From Candidatus Eiseniibacteriota bacterium (GTDB lineage Bacteria; Eisenbacteria; RBG-16-71-46; SZUA-252): 64,000 nt of DNA. The DNA lies in the NCBI GenBank assembly GCA_963703225.1, contig OY969801.1:2688001-2752000 (forward strand), given 5' to 3'. Of this stretch, positions 18,458-28,362 are shown one piece after another (position 1 is the stretch's first letter; each line of letters opens with the position of its first letter). Below the pieces are notes generated by a model that worked only from the letters and a program-made list of their open reading frames with translations, was not told where the DNA came from and ran no database searches. Made by a program: the position numbers and the translations under genes.

Positions 18458-18973
18458 GTGAACCCGCCCTGGACGACCCACGAGCTCCGGAACATTTCCG
18501 TGGTCCAGCACCTGGCACGCCGGGTCTGGTCAACGTTTGTCATCACATTCATCATCTCGCGGGCCACGGTCCTCGTGACGAACGCGGCCTGGTTCCCCAA
18601 GTTCCACGTCCAGCTCGGCGACACCCACGTCCATCACCTCAACTTTGGGATCGGACTCCTCACGATCGCCGGAGGGTACCTGCTCTTCGTTCGACCCACC
18701 GGGCGGGCGCTGGGAGTCGCCGCGTACGTCTACGCCATCGGCTTGGGTCTCACATTCGACGAATTTGGGATGTGGTTTCACCTCGACGACGTCTATTGGC
18801 AGCGCGCCAGCTTCGACGCGGTGGTCCTGATCGCGTCGCTACTGGGACTGCTCATCGTCGCGCCATCGCTCCGCCGCTTCCGCGCGCGCCACTGGGCCAC
18901 GGCCATCGGCCTCGTCGTTGCGGTGGCGATCTTCGGCGCGCTGGTGCTGAAACCGTTCTGGGGCGCGGGCTAG
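18458..18973 (+). CDS. Membrane protein with HVHH motif
   Basis: THVHHLNFGI, GLGLTFDEFGMW, YWQRASFD; 4-5 TM helices. Confidence 0.7.
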   Translation: MNPPWTTHELRNISVVQHLARRVWSTFVITFIISRATVLVTNAAWFPKFHVQLGDTHVHHLNFGIGLLTIAGGYLLFVRPTGRALGVAAYVYAIGLGLTFDEFGMWFHLDDVYWQRASFDAVVLIASLLGLLIVAPSLRRFRARHWATAIGLVVAVAIFGALVLKPFWGAG

Positions 18974-19073
18974 TCGAATCGAAAACTCCGCGCGAGCCCG
19001 AGGATGAAGCCCCCTAGCCGGCCGCGCGAGGAATCGGTACCCTATTCCAACAAACTCAAAGGAGGGGGTCACC

Positions 19074-19394
19074 ATGCCGAAATATCTCTGGAAGGGGAAT
19101 TACAGTCCGGAAGGGGCCAGGGGGCTGAAGAAGGAGGGTGGGACCGCGCGCGTGAAGGCGGTGGAGGAGCTGGTGCAAAGCGTCGGCGGCAAGCTGGAGG
19201 CTTATTACTACGCCTTTGGCGAGCACGATGCCTATCTGATCGTCGACTTTCCCAGCAACGCGGCCGCCGCGGCGGTCAGCATGGCGATCGCGGTAGCCGG
19301 GGTCACCAAGATCCAGACGATCCCGCTCCTGACCATGGAAGAGGTCGACCAGGCCTCCAAGATGCCGGCCCGCTACCGCCCACCCGGGACCTGA
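19074..19394 (+). CDS. GYD-domain protein
   Basis: YSPEGARGL, GGKLEAYYYAFGEHD; RBS AAGGAGGGG. Confidence 0.88.
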   Translation: MPKYLWKGNYSPEGARGLKKEGGTARVKAVEELVQSVGGKLEAYYYAFGEHDAYLIVDFPSNAAAAAVSMAIAVAGVTKIQTIPLLTMEEVDQASKMPARYRPPGT

Positions 19395-19432
19395 CCCACC
19401 CGACCCCGGCCCGTCCCCGAGAAGGATCCATC

Positions 19433-19987
19433 GTGCGCCGCTCGCTCCTGTGTCACGCCGCCCAGATGCTGCTGCTCCTCGCCATGGGGCTTGCCGCGCT
19501 TCCCGCCAGCGGGACCGCGGAGGAGACCATCACCAACGAAACCGTGGTGGAGGGCTCGACCGACACCGTCTGGCGCCTACTCACCACCGAGCAAGGTCTC
19601 GAGTCGTGGATCGTGCCGCACGCGAACGTCGACCTTCGGGTGGGGGGATTCTTGCGGACCAACCACATTCGAGACGGGAAGATCGGCGACGAAAACACCG
19701 TCACGAACAAGATCCTCACCGTGAATTCGAAGAAGAAACTGGCGATCAAACTGGTGGAGGCACCCACGAGCATCCCGCTCGCGGCAAACCTGGTCGGAAC
19801 CTGGTACGAGATTTCGTTGAGCGCGCTGCCCAAGAACCAGACGCGAGTCCGATGCGTGGGCCATGGCTTTTCCGAGGGCCCGATGGGATACATGGGGAGG
19901 ACGATCGCGGGACAGGGAAATTCCTGGGCACTTCTGCAGCTACAGAAGTATTGCCTCGCGCGAAAGACGAGCCGCCCGGCCAAGTGA
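19433..19987 (+). CDS. Secreted SRPBCC/AHSA1-like protein
   Basis: Signal peptide; VWRLLTT.QGLESW, VDLRVGG. Confidence 0.75.
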   Translation: MRRSLLCHAAQMLLLLAMGLAALPASGTAEETITNETVVEGSTDTVWRLLTTEQGLESWIVPHANVDLRVGGFLRTNHIRDGKIGDENTVTNKILTVNSKKKLAIKLVEAPTSIPLAANLVGTWYEISLSALPKNQTRVRCVGHGFSEGPMGYMGRTIAGQGNSWALLQLQKYCLARKTSRPAK

Positions 19988-20004
19988 ACCTCGGCCGCGG
20001 GGCC

Positions 20005-20766
20005 TCACCTCAAGACCTTTTCCTGGCGCCCCACTCCCCGATGCGTCGAGATCGAGACGCTCTCTTCGGTCGCTCCATCTCCGTCCACCGCGAGCACGTC
20101 GCCATGGGGCGACAGGATGACGACCCGATGCGCGCGAGTCGATGGCATGAATGTGCCGTCGTCATAGGTCCAAAGGAGGTTGAGCTGGGCGACATAGACA
20201 TCGGAGTACGTCTTGGTGCCCAGCAGGAATGTGTCGCGAGGTGCGATCGTCGCCCGATAGCTCAGATCGCTCCAGAAGAGCGGCTGGGCGCCGGCCTCCC
20301 GGAAGAGCCGATCGCGGAACATATGGGTCAGCCTTAGGTAGTGTTCCAGCGCCCCCACCGTGATCGCGTAGGGAACCCGGCTCTCGCCCACCCCGCGACA
20401 CCACCAGAGGGGAACCTGTGCGGAATCCGACCCCACCTCATATCCCTTCTCGGAGGCGATCCGGATCAGAAGGTCGCGCGGCGGATAGGCGGCCTCCGCG
20501 ATTCCAAGAAGGCGGCCTGAAGTGGAATCGGGGAATCCCCGATGGATCGCGTAGGTGAAGTCGCCGGTGCCTTCCTTCGATTGCCTCGGGCGCGAAGCGA
20601 ACGCCTGAGAGGAATCGACGAAGTAGCCGGCCAGGGAGGCCGGCTGGGGTGCGGAGGCTATCGCACCAGGGCGATCCGCCGCGTGAGCGACCATGAATCC
20701 GAGCGCAAGCAGAGGAAGTAGATACCTGATGACGCGCTGGCGCCGCTTTCGAGCCTGCCGTCCCAT
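20005..20766 (-). CDS. Hypothetical secreted protein (start uncertain)
   Basis: Open 253-aa frame filling the gap, hydrophobic N-terminus; overlaps the upstream gene end. Confidence 0.55.
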   Translation of the reverse strand: MGRQARKRRQRVIRYLLPLLALGFMVAHAADRPGAIASAPQPASLAGYFVDSSQAFASRPRQSKEGTGDFTYAIHRGFPDSTSGRLLGIAEAAYPPRDLLIRIASEKGYEVGSDSAQVPLWWCRGVGESRVPYAITVGALEHYLRLTHMFRDRLFREAGAQPLFWSDLSYRATIAPRDTFLLGTKTYSDVYVAQLNLLWTYDDGTFMPSTRAHRVVILSPHGDVLAVDGDGATEESVSISTHRGVGRQEKVLR

Positions 20767-22820
20767 CGAGACGGAGTCCTCCCGGCCGGAGTGATTCCCT
20801 GGGCCAAGGTTCGCACGTGTCGTCCCGTCAGGTCAAATACCTCGAGCGTGACCTCTTCGGCCTGGGCGAGCCCGATCTCCATCCGCACTTCCTTACGGAA
20901 CGGAACGGGACTCAGGAACCGGAGCTCGGCCTGGGGGACCGGCGGAGGAGTGGGGTTCACCCCGGTCGGGGCCGATGGCTGATACCTCGTCATCACGGTC
21001 ACCGTGCGCTGGGCGCCGGGCGCCACCGAGCCGAAATCGAACCCGAGCGCCATCCCCACCGCCTGCGGGCCGGCGGTATCGGCTCCGGTTAACGCTTGAT
21101 CCGCGGCGACGCGGGCGATGAGTTGGGACGAGGTGTCAACATCGGAGCTGTAGGCGACGCCGCTGCTACCGGTACCCCAGTGCACGAACCACCGGGTCGG
21201 CGCCGCCAGGTCATACTGTCCCAACACGGCGCTCTGTCCCATGCCCGCGGGCGAGACCTCGAGGGCGTTGTCTGGATCGCCGCGCAGCAACGGGGTGACC
21301 AGGTCGACGTAGGACAGATTTCGGGACCCCGTCGCCCTGTTCGTGAACACGAATTGGCGGGTCAGCGTGCCGCTCACGGTCTCGACGCACGCTTGCAGAT
21401 CGATGTCGAACGGATCCAGCCGCATGTGAGATGTGAGGCAATTGCCGACAATCTCGGCACAATCGCGGATGGCCGAGTTCTTGATGTAACCCACGCCGCG
21501 GATCTTGGATCCCAAATCAGCGAAGGGCACGATTCCGGGCAGGATGGCGTTCCCCGGCGAACTCGAGCCAAGCACGTCGCCCAGCGCGATCTGCGTCTGG
21601 AGCGTCGGCATGTCCGCCTCCGCGACGGGCGCCTTGGGCACGATCTTGTAGATCTCCCCATCCTGATCGCAGACGTAGATCTCTCCGCGCGCATCCTCCC
21701 CGAAGCTCGTGATGTTGTTGATGGCGAGGCCGCCGCCGGGCGCGATGGCGGCCGTCCGGTCGATAACGTTGACCAACGAGCCGCCCTGGAACCGGCCCGA
21801 CCAGATTTGGCCGGTGCAATAGTCGGCGAAGAAATAGGTGCCGTTGAGATCGGGGATGTCGCATCCCCGGTAGACATACCCGCCGGTGATCGAGCAGCGC
21901 CCGCCGCCATGGGAGTATTCGTACGCGGGGAATGTCTTGGGGCAGCCGCTCGCGGCGCATGAGCCGCAGGGGATGGTCGTGCTCGACAGATAGGGGAGCG
22001 ATCCCTCGAAGCAGCGCCAGCCGAAGTTGGCACCCGCCCCGGTCCCCGCCGGAATGAAATCGATCTCTTCCTGCTGGCTCTGCCCCACGTCGGCAATGAC
22101 AAAATCGCCGGTCTCGCGGTCGAACGAAGCCCGCCATGGATTGCGGAGCCCGTACATCCATATCTCGTCCAGCCCAGGCGTCGCGCCCGCGAAGGGATTG
22201 GTGGGTGGGCTCGTATAAGTCGGCCCGCTCACGTCGAGCCGCAACATCTTTCCGAGAAGAACGTTGATGCTCTGGGCCCGATCTCCCGGGTCGTTGGCGT
22301 CGCCGCCGTCTCCCTGGGAGAAGTAGAGGTAGCCGTCGGGCCCAAATCCCAGCCAGCCGCCGTTGTGGTTGGTGAAGGGATGGGAGATCTGGAGGATGAC
22401 GGCGCCGGTTGCGTTTGCGACGTCGGGGTTCGCGCTGACCGTGCGCCGCTCGACGGTGACGGTCCCGCCGGCGTCGGTGTAGCTGATATAGAGCCGGCCG
22501 GACGTCGCATAGTCGGGCGCGAAGGCGAGCCCCAAGAGCCCCTGCTCCCCACCGGTCGAGAGGACATCGGTGGCCAGAAACGGCGTGCCGAGTGTCGTCC
22601 CGCCCTTGACGATCTTGACCCGCCCCCGATTGTCGGTGCCGCGCTGCTCCACCACGAAGAGGCGCGTCGTGTCCCCAGGCGGCGCGGTGACGTAGAGCGG
22701 CAGGCTGAACCCGGAAGCGACGCGCACGGTGGACAGAGAGGTTGCGGCAGCCGCTTCCAGGCTGTGGCCCAGGAGGCCGAGGAGGCCCAAGAATAGAAGA
22801 ATCCTACGCGGGATGATCAT
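20658..22820 (-). CDS. PQQ-dependent glucose/sorbosone dehydrogenase-type beta-propeller with FlgD/T9SS-like tail
   Basis: EQGLLGLAF, NHNGG, GDGG, GLRNPWR, SITGGYVYRG, SFGED; tail VFDLTGRHVRTL..WDG..SGIYF. Confidence 0.9.
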   Translation of the reverse strand: MIIPRRILLFLGLLGLLGHSLEAAAATSLSTVRVASGFSLPLYVTAPPGDTTRLFVVEQRGTDNRGRVKIVKGGTTLGTPFLATDVLSTGGEQGLLGLAFAPDYATSGRLYISYTDAGGTVTVERRTVSANPDVANATGAVILQISHPFTNHNGGWLGFGPDGYLYFSQGDGGDANDPGDRAQSINVLLGKMLRLDVSGPTYTSPPTNPFAGATPGLDEIWMYGLRNPWRASFDRETGDFVIADVGQSQQEEIDFIPAGTGAGANFGWRCFEGSLPYLSSTTIPCGSCAASGCPKTFPAYEYSHGGGRCSITGGYVYRGCDIPDLNGTYFFADYCTGQIWSGRFQGGSLVNVIDRTAAIAPGGGLAINNITSFGEDARGEIYVCDQDGEIYKIVPKAPVAEADMPTLQTQIALGDVLGSSSPGNAILPGIVPFADLGSKIRGVGYIKNSAIRDCAEIVGNCLTSHMRLDPFDIDLQACVETVSGTLTRQFVFTNRATGSRNLSYVDLVTPLLRGDPDNALEVSPAGMGQSAVLGQYDLAAPTRWFVHWGTGSSGVAYSSDVDTSSQLIARVAADQALTGADTAGPQAVGMALGFDFGSVAPGAQRTVTVMTRYQPSAPTGVNPTPPPVPQAELRFLSPVPFRKEVRMEIGLAQAEEVTLEVFDLTGRHVRTLAQGITPAGRTPSRWDGRLESGASASSGIYFLCLRSDSWSLTRRIALVR

Positions 22821-22899
22821 GGTGTGACCCCGTGGCTGCGACCCCGACGTATGGAGCGCGGGCCCCGACGGCTCTGCCGCCGGGGCCGCACGCCTTGTA

Positions 22900-23502
22900 T
22901 CAGCCGCGCGCTGGGGCGCGGCCCTCGTCCCGGCTCCCCGTCCGGAACGGCTCTGCCAGGACGACCTTGACCCCTGAAATGGTCTGGGTCAGGACGCCCC
23001 GAACTTGCTCGAGAGCGGTGGAGCTGACTTCCCCTGCCGCCTGGATGACACCGCGAGCCGCGGCTGCGGCCGCATCCTCGGCGCTCACACCCAGGTCACG
23101 CGCGGTTTCGATCGCCCCCTCCACGGCTCCGCGGGCGGCATCCGTAACGCTGCCGCCGACGGACGCCACACCCTTCACCACCGCCGCCGCGCTCGAGCTG
23201 ATGGTCTCCAGCCCCGCCTTCCCTACGTGCCGGGTACCGCGCAGCGTCCCGACGATGATCGATTTCGCGGCCACTCCAACCTCTCCGCCGACCTCGGCCA
23301 CGGCGTGCACGGCTCCCGTCACCATGTCGACGGTGAGACCCAGGAGCTCCGCTCCCGCGGCGCGCGTTCCCTTGATGGTACGCGCCACGGTGTTGCTCAC
23401 CGCATCGGAGATCGCGCTTGCGATGTCGCTCGCGCCTTCGATCATCGATACGATCTGGTCCTTGGACTCCGTTACGAGCCCTCGATCTTCCTTGGAGTTC
23501 AT
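22900..23502 (-). CDS. Ala/Gly-rich protein of tandem 22-aa helical repeats
   Basis: RBS AAGGAGG; turns at AAG/EVG/HVG/SVG/DLG/EVS spaced exactly 22 aa apart. Confidence 0.8.
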   Translation of the reverse strand: MNSKEDRGLVTESKDQIVSMIEGASDIASAISDAVSNTVARTIKGTRAAGAELLGLTVDMVTGAVHAVAEVGGEVGVAAKSIIVGTLRGTRHVGKAGLETISSSAAAVVKGVASVGGSVTDAARGAVEGAIETARDLGVSAEDAAAAAARGVIQAAGEVSSTALEQVRGVLTQTISGVKVVLAEPFRTGSRDEGRAPARG

Positions 23503-23598
23503 GGCATTCCTCCTTCCTGGTGGTTGCTTCGACCCCCCACCAAGTGGGGACGCGCGTCCAACGGGGTCTCATGACCCGGCCGGCCGATTCGTGACTCG

Positions 23599-23614
23599 AG
23601 CATGGCACATGCCA
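23599..23614 (-). promoter_or_regulatory. sigma54 (-24/-12) promoter
   Basis: Minus strand TGGCATGTGCCATGCT (GG-N10-GC), about 100 bp upstream of ATG 23502. Confidence 0.7.
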
Positions 23615-23717
23615 TCCGGGTGGTCGGATCCGGGCGAAACCGAGCAAAGTGTTGGCGGGTCAGCGATCTGGGCGGGACGCACTTGCGGTTGGTCGGGGGC
23701 GTCCCTAGGGCGAGCGA

Positions 23718-23750
23718 TGTCCGAGTCGGTACAGTGCACGATATCGGACA
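23718..23750. promoter_or_regulatory. Tandem bEBP upstream activator sites
   Basis: TGTCCGAGTCGGTACA (TGT-N10-ACA) and TGCACGATATCGGACA (TGC-N10-ACA); outer arms TGTCCGA/TCGGACA are inverted. Confidence 0.55.
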
Positions 23751-23774
23751 GAAACCGACGCGGACGACAGCGGC

Positions 23775-25574
23775 TCAATCCGTCCGACGTTTCTCCAGGC
23801 TGGCTCGTCGGACCGCCTCGAGCGCTTCCTCCACGGCCCGGCGAATATCCTCGCGCACGCTCTTGACCTCGCGGTTCAGCACCGCGAGCGCGGCGGGCGT
23901 CCCAATCCAGGCCAGGGCCAGCGCGGCCTCCTTCTTTCCACCCTGCTCCGTCCGGAAGAGTCCGCCGCGCGTCAGAACTCTGTCGAGCCGCGGCACCATG
24001 ACGTCCGAGCCCGAGCGTCCCAGCGCGACGAAGAAGACCGAGCGCTCCTCGGCGTCGCGGGTGGCGAATTCGGGTGATTCGATCACGCTCCAGAGCACCT
24101 GCGCGGCGCGCTCGTCGACGCGCTTTCCAACCAGCTGCGCGACCAGGATGCGGATGCTGCGGTCCGTGTCCCGCAGCGCGGAATTGAGGTAGGCTCGGCT
24201 GGTGGCGCTGTCGATTCCCCCCAGCGCGCGCACCGCTTCCTTTCGTACCCGCACGTCGGCGTGGTAGAGCGCCTCGCCCAGAGCGCGTTCCACGCCTTGG
24301 TGCCCGATCCGCCCGAGCACGTAGAGAATGTTGCGCACCACGAACCAGCGAGAATCGGAGAGCCGCTGGATCAGGATCTCGACGTTGTTCTTGCACGTGA
24401 TCGCAAGCGCCTCGCAGAGAGCGCGGCGCATCTTCATGTCATCGATGTCGCCGAGGAGATCGCAGAGCGTGGGCGCGGCCGAGGAGCCGAGATGGACCAG
24501 GAACGTGGTGAGCGCGTCAAAATCGACTTCCTTCTGGCGGTTCAGGACCGCGCCGAACTGGACCATCAAATCCCGTCGGCCAATCTCCCGGATCACCTGA
24601 TCCGTGGCCGCCGAGAAATCACTCCGGGCGGTCGATTTGGCCGCGGGAAGGCCGCGAAGGATATCCATCAATCGATTGGCTCGCGCGAGATCGCCCGCCA
24701 GAATCGCGATCTCGATGAGGCGCCCCATGATCGCCGCCGCGTCCAGGTAGGCTTTGGGATCCTCCTCCGCGATGAGGACCGTCGAGAGGATCTCGAGCAC
24801 CTGGTCTTGGGGTGAGTTTGCTTCTTCGAGTCGCGCGACCATCCGGATGTTCTCGGCCTCGACATCGGTGAGGGCGAACTGGTCGCGCATCGACTCATCC
24901 CATGCCCGGGGCGGGTCAGCGCGAAAGCCCCAGTCGTCGGAGCGCCCTTCCAATTGGCCGTTCCGTCCGGGCTCCGGATCCGTATCCTCCAGGACTCCCC
25001 CCGGCCACGGAATGCCGCCATCTTCATCACCACTCTTTCCGGCGCGGCCCGGCATGCTCAGGCGCGGCTGCGGATCCTCGAGCGGAACGCTGGTGTAGGC
25101 GATGTGGGGGAAGTTCCGCTCCCAGAGAAGCGTCACGACGTCGTCGGGCCCTTCTTCCGTCACCTCCAGCGCCGACTTCATGACGAACACGAAGTCGCGC
25201 AGCTCCTCGAGGCGGAGTCCCTGGCGCAGCACGAACTCGGTCACCCCGCCGCGGTAGAGCGCGGCCGCCAGCGAGCCCTCCTGTTTCTTGCTGTGAAAGA
25301 CCGTGCGGCCCGCGTAGAGAAGATCAAAGTCTTCGACCGTGATGGCGAGGTCGCCGATCTGATCCAGACAGTCGAGCGTCAACTCCTCGAGGGCGGACTG
25401 CGAGTTCTGCACGGCGGGATCGTCGTAGGGGTGTAGCCGGCGAGCTTCGATGGCGCGGATAAATGCCTCCGCCCAGCCCTCGACCCGCTCCGCGTCGGAC
25501 GCGAAGATGTGGTCTCGGACTAAGTCCGCCTTCTCTTTGGGAACGGTGGCGTTGTCAGGCCTGGTCCGGTCCAT
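23775..25574 (-). CDS. HEAT-repeat protein
   Basis: LSDSRWFVVRN, DVRVRKEAVRAL repeats; N-terminal LHPYDDP, LWERNFPHI domain. Confidence 0.85.
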   Translation of the reverse strand: MDRTRPDNATVPKEKADLVRDHIFASDAERVEGWAEAFIRAIEARRLHPYDDPAVQNSQSALEELTLDCLDQIGDLAITVEDFDLLYAGRTVFHSKKQEGSLAAALYRGGVTEFVLRQGLRLEELRDFVFVMKSALEVTEEGPDDVVTLLWERNFPHIAYTSVPLEDPQPRLSMPGRAGKSGDEDGGIPWPGGVLEDTDPEPGRNGQLEGRSDDWGFRADPPRAWDESMRDQFALTDVEAENIRMVARLEEANSPQDQVLEILSTVLIAEEDPKAYLDAAAIMGRLIEIAILAGDLARANRLMDILRGLPAAKSTARSDFSAATDQVIREIGRRDLMVQFGAVLNRQKEVDFDALTTFLVHLGSSAAPTLCDLLGDIDDMKMRRALCEALAITCKNNVEILIQRLSDSRWFVVRNILYVLGRIGHQGVERALGEALYHADVRVRKEAVRALGGIDSATSRAYLNSALRDTDRSIRILVAQLVGKRVDERAAQVLWSVIESPEFATRDAEERSVFFVALGRSGSDVMVPRLDRVLTRGGLFRTEQGGKKEAALALAWIGTPAALAVLNREVKSVREDIRRAVEEALEAVRRASLEKRRTD

Positions 25575-25659
25575 ATCGCCGGAATCATCGGCCCCGCGTG
25601 GGCGTAACTTTAGCCGGGCCAAGGCTCTCGGGCGGAGTGCGGCGCCCTCGAATCGGCCG

Positions 25660-28254
25660 CTATTTCAGGCCTTCCACCCAGTAGAGATCGGAAATGAGGA
25701 TCCCGTAAGTGTAGGCAAGAGTGGTTCCGTCGGCCGAGACCAGCGGATTGCCCACCCTTCGGGCCACTCCCCCTCCCGACGGGTCCAGCTCGGCCCACGC
25801 GGTCCTGGAGCCGGTCCGCCAGTCCAGCCGCGAGATGCGGCTCGTTCGCTTGTCTGGCCCGGGAAGCGCGGTGTAGAGGAAGCGCCCGTCCGCGCTCCAT
25901 CGAATCGGGAACTCGTTGGGAAGGAGACCCGGAATCGGTCGGCTCGGGCCGCCTTGGGTCGGCCAGAGGCAGCAACGGCCGTCGGGCGCTTTGGCTGCGA
26001 ATTGTCGACCGTCCGGTGATATCACGTGAGACCCGAATCCGAACCCGGTGACCCCCTCGGACGTAACGGGAGACGGATTGCCGCCGGAAACGCTCTGGAT
26101 GTACATCCGCGCGCCATGTCCCGGCTCGCTCCCCAGGAACAGCAGACGCTGCCCATCCGGCATCCAGCTTCCAGCTTGATATTCGCGGATTGTCCCGGCC
26201 GAAAGCTCCCGCGCCTGACCCACTCCGGTCGGTAGAAGCACCGGGTGCGGCTTGGCTCCGCGAAGGACCGACAGCGCCCACTCTCCGTTCGGCGAGAGCG
26301 CCAGGGCCTCCCCCGCCCCGAGGCGCACGGCCGGAGATCCATCCGTCTTCCGGAGATAAACGCCGTACGCCGGGCCTCCACCCTCGCCGCTCTCGGTGAA
26401 CAGCAGGGTCTTTCCGTCGGCCGAGAGGTCCCGCGTCGCCGACCAATCGAGCCATGTCAGGTCCCGATCCTTCGCGTCGGAGACGCGGCGGCCCGCGCTC
26501 CCGTATCGGTACGTTGTCTGGGCGAGCAGAACTCGCCCGTCGCGCGAGATGTCGTGAATCGCCAAAGACCCGGGCGACCTCAGCAGCGCGCGCACCTTGC
26601 CCTGCATCGACACGACGTAGAGCGATCGAATCGGCCCCTCCTCCGAGGCCGTGAACCAGAGCTCTTTGCCGCTCGGCGCCCACGCGAGGCCCTGAATGCT
26701 CATGGGGGTCTTGGTGAGCCGGCGAATTTTGCCGGCTCGATCGACGACCGCGACCGTGCCGCGATCGTCGCCAAAGATTGGATGGTCCAGGAAGGCGATC
26801 CAGTTTCCGTCGGGAGAGAACCTCGGCTCGCGGATCGACCCGGCGGTTTCATAGAGCAATTTCCCGATCGGATACTCGAGGCGACGCTTCCCGTCCCCTT
26901 CACGCACCACCGTCAGGTCGTCCCCCCGCGGAGACCAATCGGCCCAGAGGACGTCGTGCAGTATCTCCCGCGGCGCGCCCCCCTCCAGTGGAAGGCGGGC
27001 CAGCGTGCCGTGGTACGCCCATCCGCCGGCGTATTCCGCCTGGAGCAGAACCGCGAGCTCGCCGGAGGAGGAGACCGAGAGGATGTTGGCGGTGCCCAGC
27101 TCGAGGGGACGGGATTCCGGGCTCTCCGGCCGCGTCGAGAAGACCTCGAGCGGCTTTTCCCCCCACGCGGCGGAGTAAACCACCGTGCGCCCGTCAGGGG
27201 CGAAGCGCGCCGACCAGACAAAGCCGGAGCGGAATGTCAGCCGGTGGAATGAAGCGGGCTGTGGGGCCGAGCCGCTCCAAATCGGTCTGCCGACAAGGAT
27301 CCCGGCCGCGATCCCCGCGAGGAGCGTGCCGAGCGCGAGCCAGCGAAACCGACGACGGATGGTGGCGCCCGCGGGCTCCTCCGGGCCGCGGCCATCCACG
27401 AGCTCGAGCGCGCCTCGGAGCTGAAACGCAAGGTCGTGGGCCGACTGATACCGCTCGCGCGGATCCTTCTCCAGGCAATGGCGGACGATCCGCTCGAGCG
27501 ACGAAGGAACCGGGCGCGTCTCCGACGACAGGGGCGCCGGATCCGCGTTCAAGATCGCGGCCATCGTCTCAGCGGCGGTGGCGGACTTGAATGCCCGCCG
27601 CCCCGCGACCATCTCGTAGAGGATCGTGCCGAGCGAGAAGATGTCGGAGCGATGATCGGCGGGCTCGCCCCGCACCTGCTCCGGGGCCATGTACCCCACG
27701 GTGCCGAGAAGCACCCCCGATTGGGTTCCCGGCATCGCCATCGTCGGCTCGGACGCGCCGGCGGCCGCGGCCGGGCCGACGGGCTTGGCGAGCCCGAAGT
27801 CCAGGATCTTGATCCGCCGGTCCTTGGTGACGAAGAGATTGTCCGGCTTCAGATCGCGGTGGACGATCCCCTTGTCATGCGCCGCGGCCAGCCCCTCGGC
27901 GATCTGGATGCCTAGCTCCAGCGCGACGCGAAGGCTCGGCGGCGCCGACTGGAGACGGTCGCGGAGGGTCTCGCCCTGGAGGAGCTCGGTGACGAGAAAG
28001 GGGACCCCCTCGCCCGAGCCGACGTCGTAGATCGCGACGATGTTCGGATGGTTGAGTGTCGCGACCGCGCGCGCTTCCTGCTGGAATCGACTGAGCCGCT
28101 CGGGATCGGCGGCGAATGCGGGAGGGAGGATCTTGAGGGCGACGTCGCGTCCCAGCCTCGGGTCTCGGGCTCGGTACACCTCGCCCATCGCACCCGCTCC
28201 CAACGGGGCGACGATCTCGTAATGACCGAGGCGCGCGCCGGCGGTTACCCCCAT
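25660..28254 (-). CDS. Ser/Thr protein kinase with TM helix and TolB-like beta-propeller
   Basis: [45 protein letters not shown] repeats. Confidence 0.95.
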   Translation of the reverse strand: MGVTAGARLGHYEIVAPLGAGAMGEVYRARDPRLGRDVALKILPPAFAADPERLSRFQQEARAVATLNHPNIVAIYDVGSGEGVPFLVTELLQGETLRDRLQSAPPSLRVALELGIQIAEGLAAAHDKGIVHRDLKPDNLFVTKDRRIKILDFGLAKPVGPAAAAGASEPTMAMPGTQSGVLLGTVGYMAPEQVRGEPADHRSDIFSLGTILYEMVAGRRAFKSATAAETMAAILNADPAPLSSETRPVPSSLERIVRHCLEKDPRERYQSAHDLAFQLRGALELVDGRGPEEPAGATIRRRFRWLALGTLLAGIAAGILVGRPIWSGSAPQPASFHRLTFRSGFVWSARFAPDGRTVVYSAAWGEKPLEVFSTRPESPESRPLELGTANILSVSSSGELAVLLQAEYAGGWAYHGTLARLPLEGGAPREILHDVLWADWSPRGDDLTVVREGDGKRRLEYPIGKLLYETAGSIREPRFSPDGNWIAFLDHPIFGDDRGTVAVVDRAGKIRRLTKTPMSIQGLAWAPSGKELWFTASEEGPIRSLYVVSMQGKVRALLRSPGSLAIHDISRDGRVLLAQTTYRYGSAGRRVSDAKDRDLTWLDWSATRDLSADGKTLLFTESGEGGGPAYGVYLRKTDGSPAVRLGAGEALALSPNGEWALSVLRGAKPHPVLLPTGVGQARELSAGTIREYQAGSWMPDGQRLLFLGSEPGHGARMYIQSVSGGNPSPVTSEGVTGFGFGSHVISPDGRQFAAKAPDGRCCLWPTQGGPSRPIPGLLPNEFPIRWSADGRFLYTALPGPDKRTSRISRLDWRTGSRTAWAELDPSGGGVARRVGNPLVSADGTTLAYTYGILISDLYWVEGLK

Positions 28255-28362
28255 GCGCGCGAGTATACTCCGCGCCGCCCGATAGGGTCTTCACCTCCCG
28301 CGGGGTGGCTTGCGTCCGCCATCGAACCCGTCTACGCTCGTTCGTTCCATCGGGAGGCACAC

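Noticed and set aside
20658..20766. Functional 109-bp gene overlap
   Set aside because: Probably a start mis-call; a later ATG (20694) shrinks the overlap.
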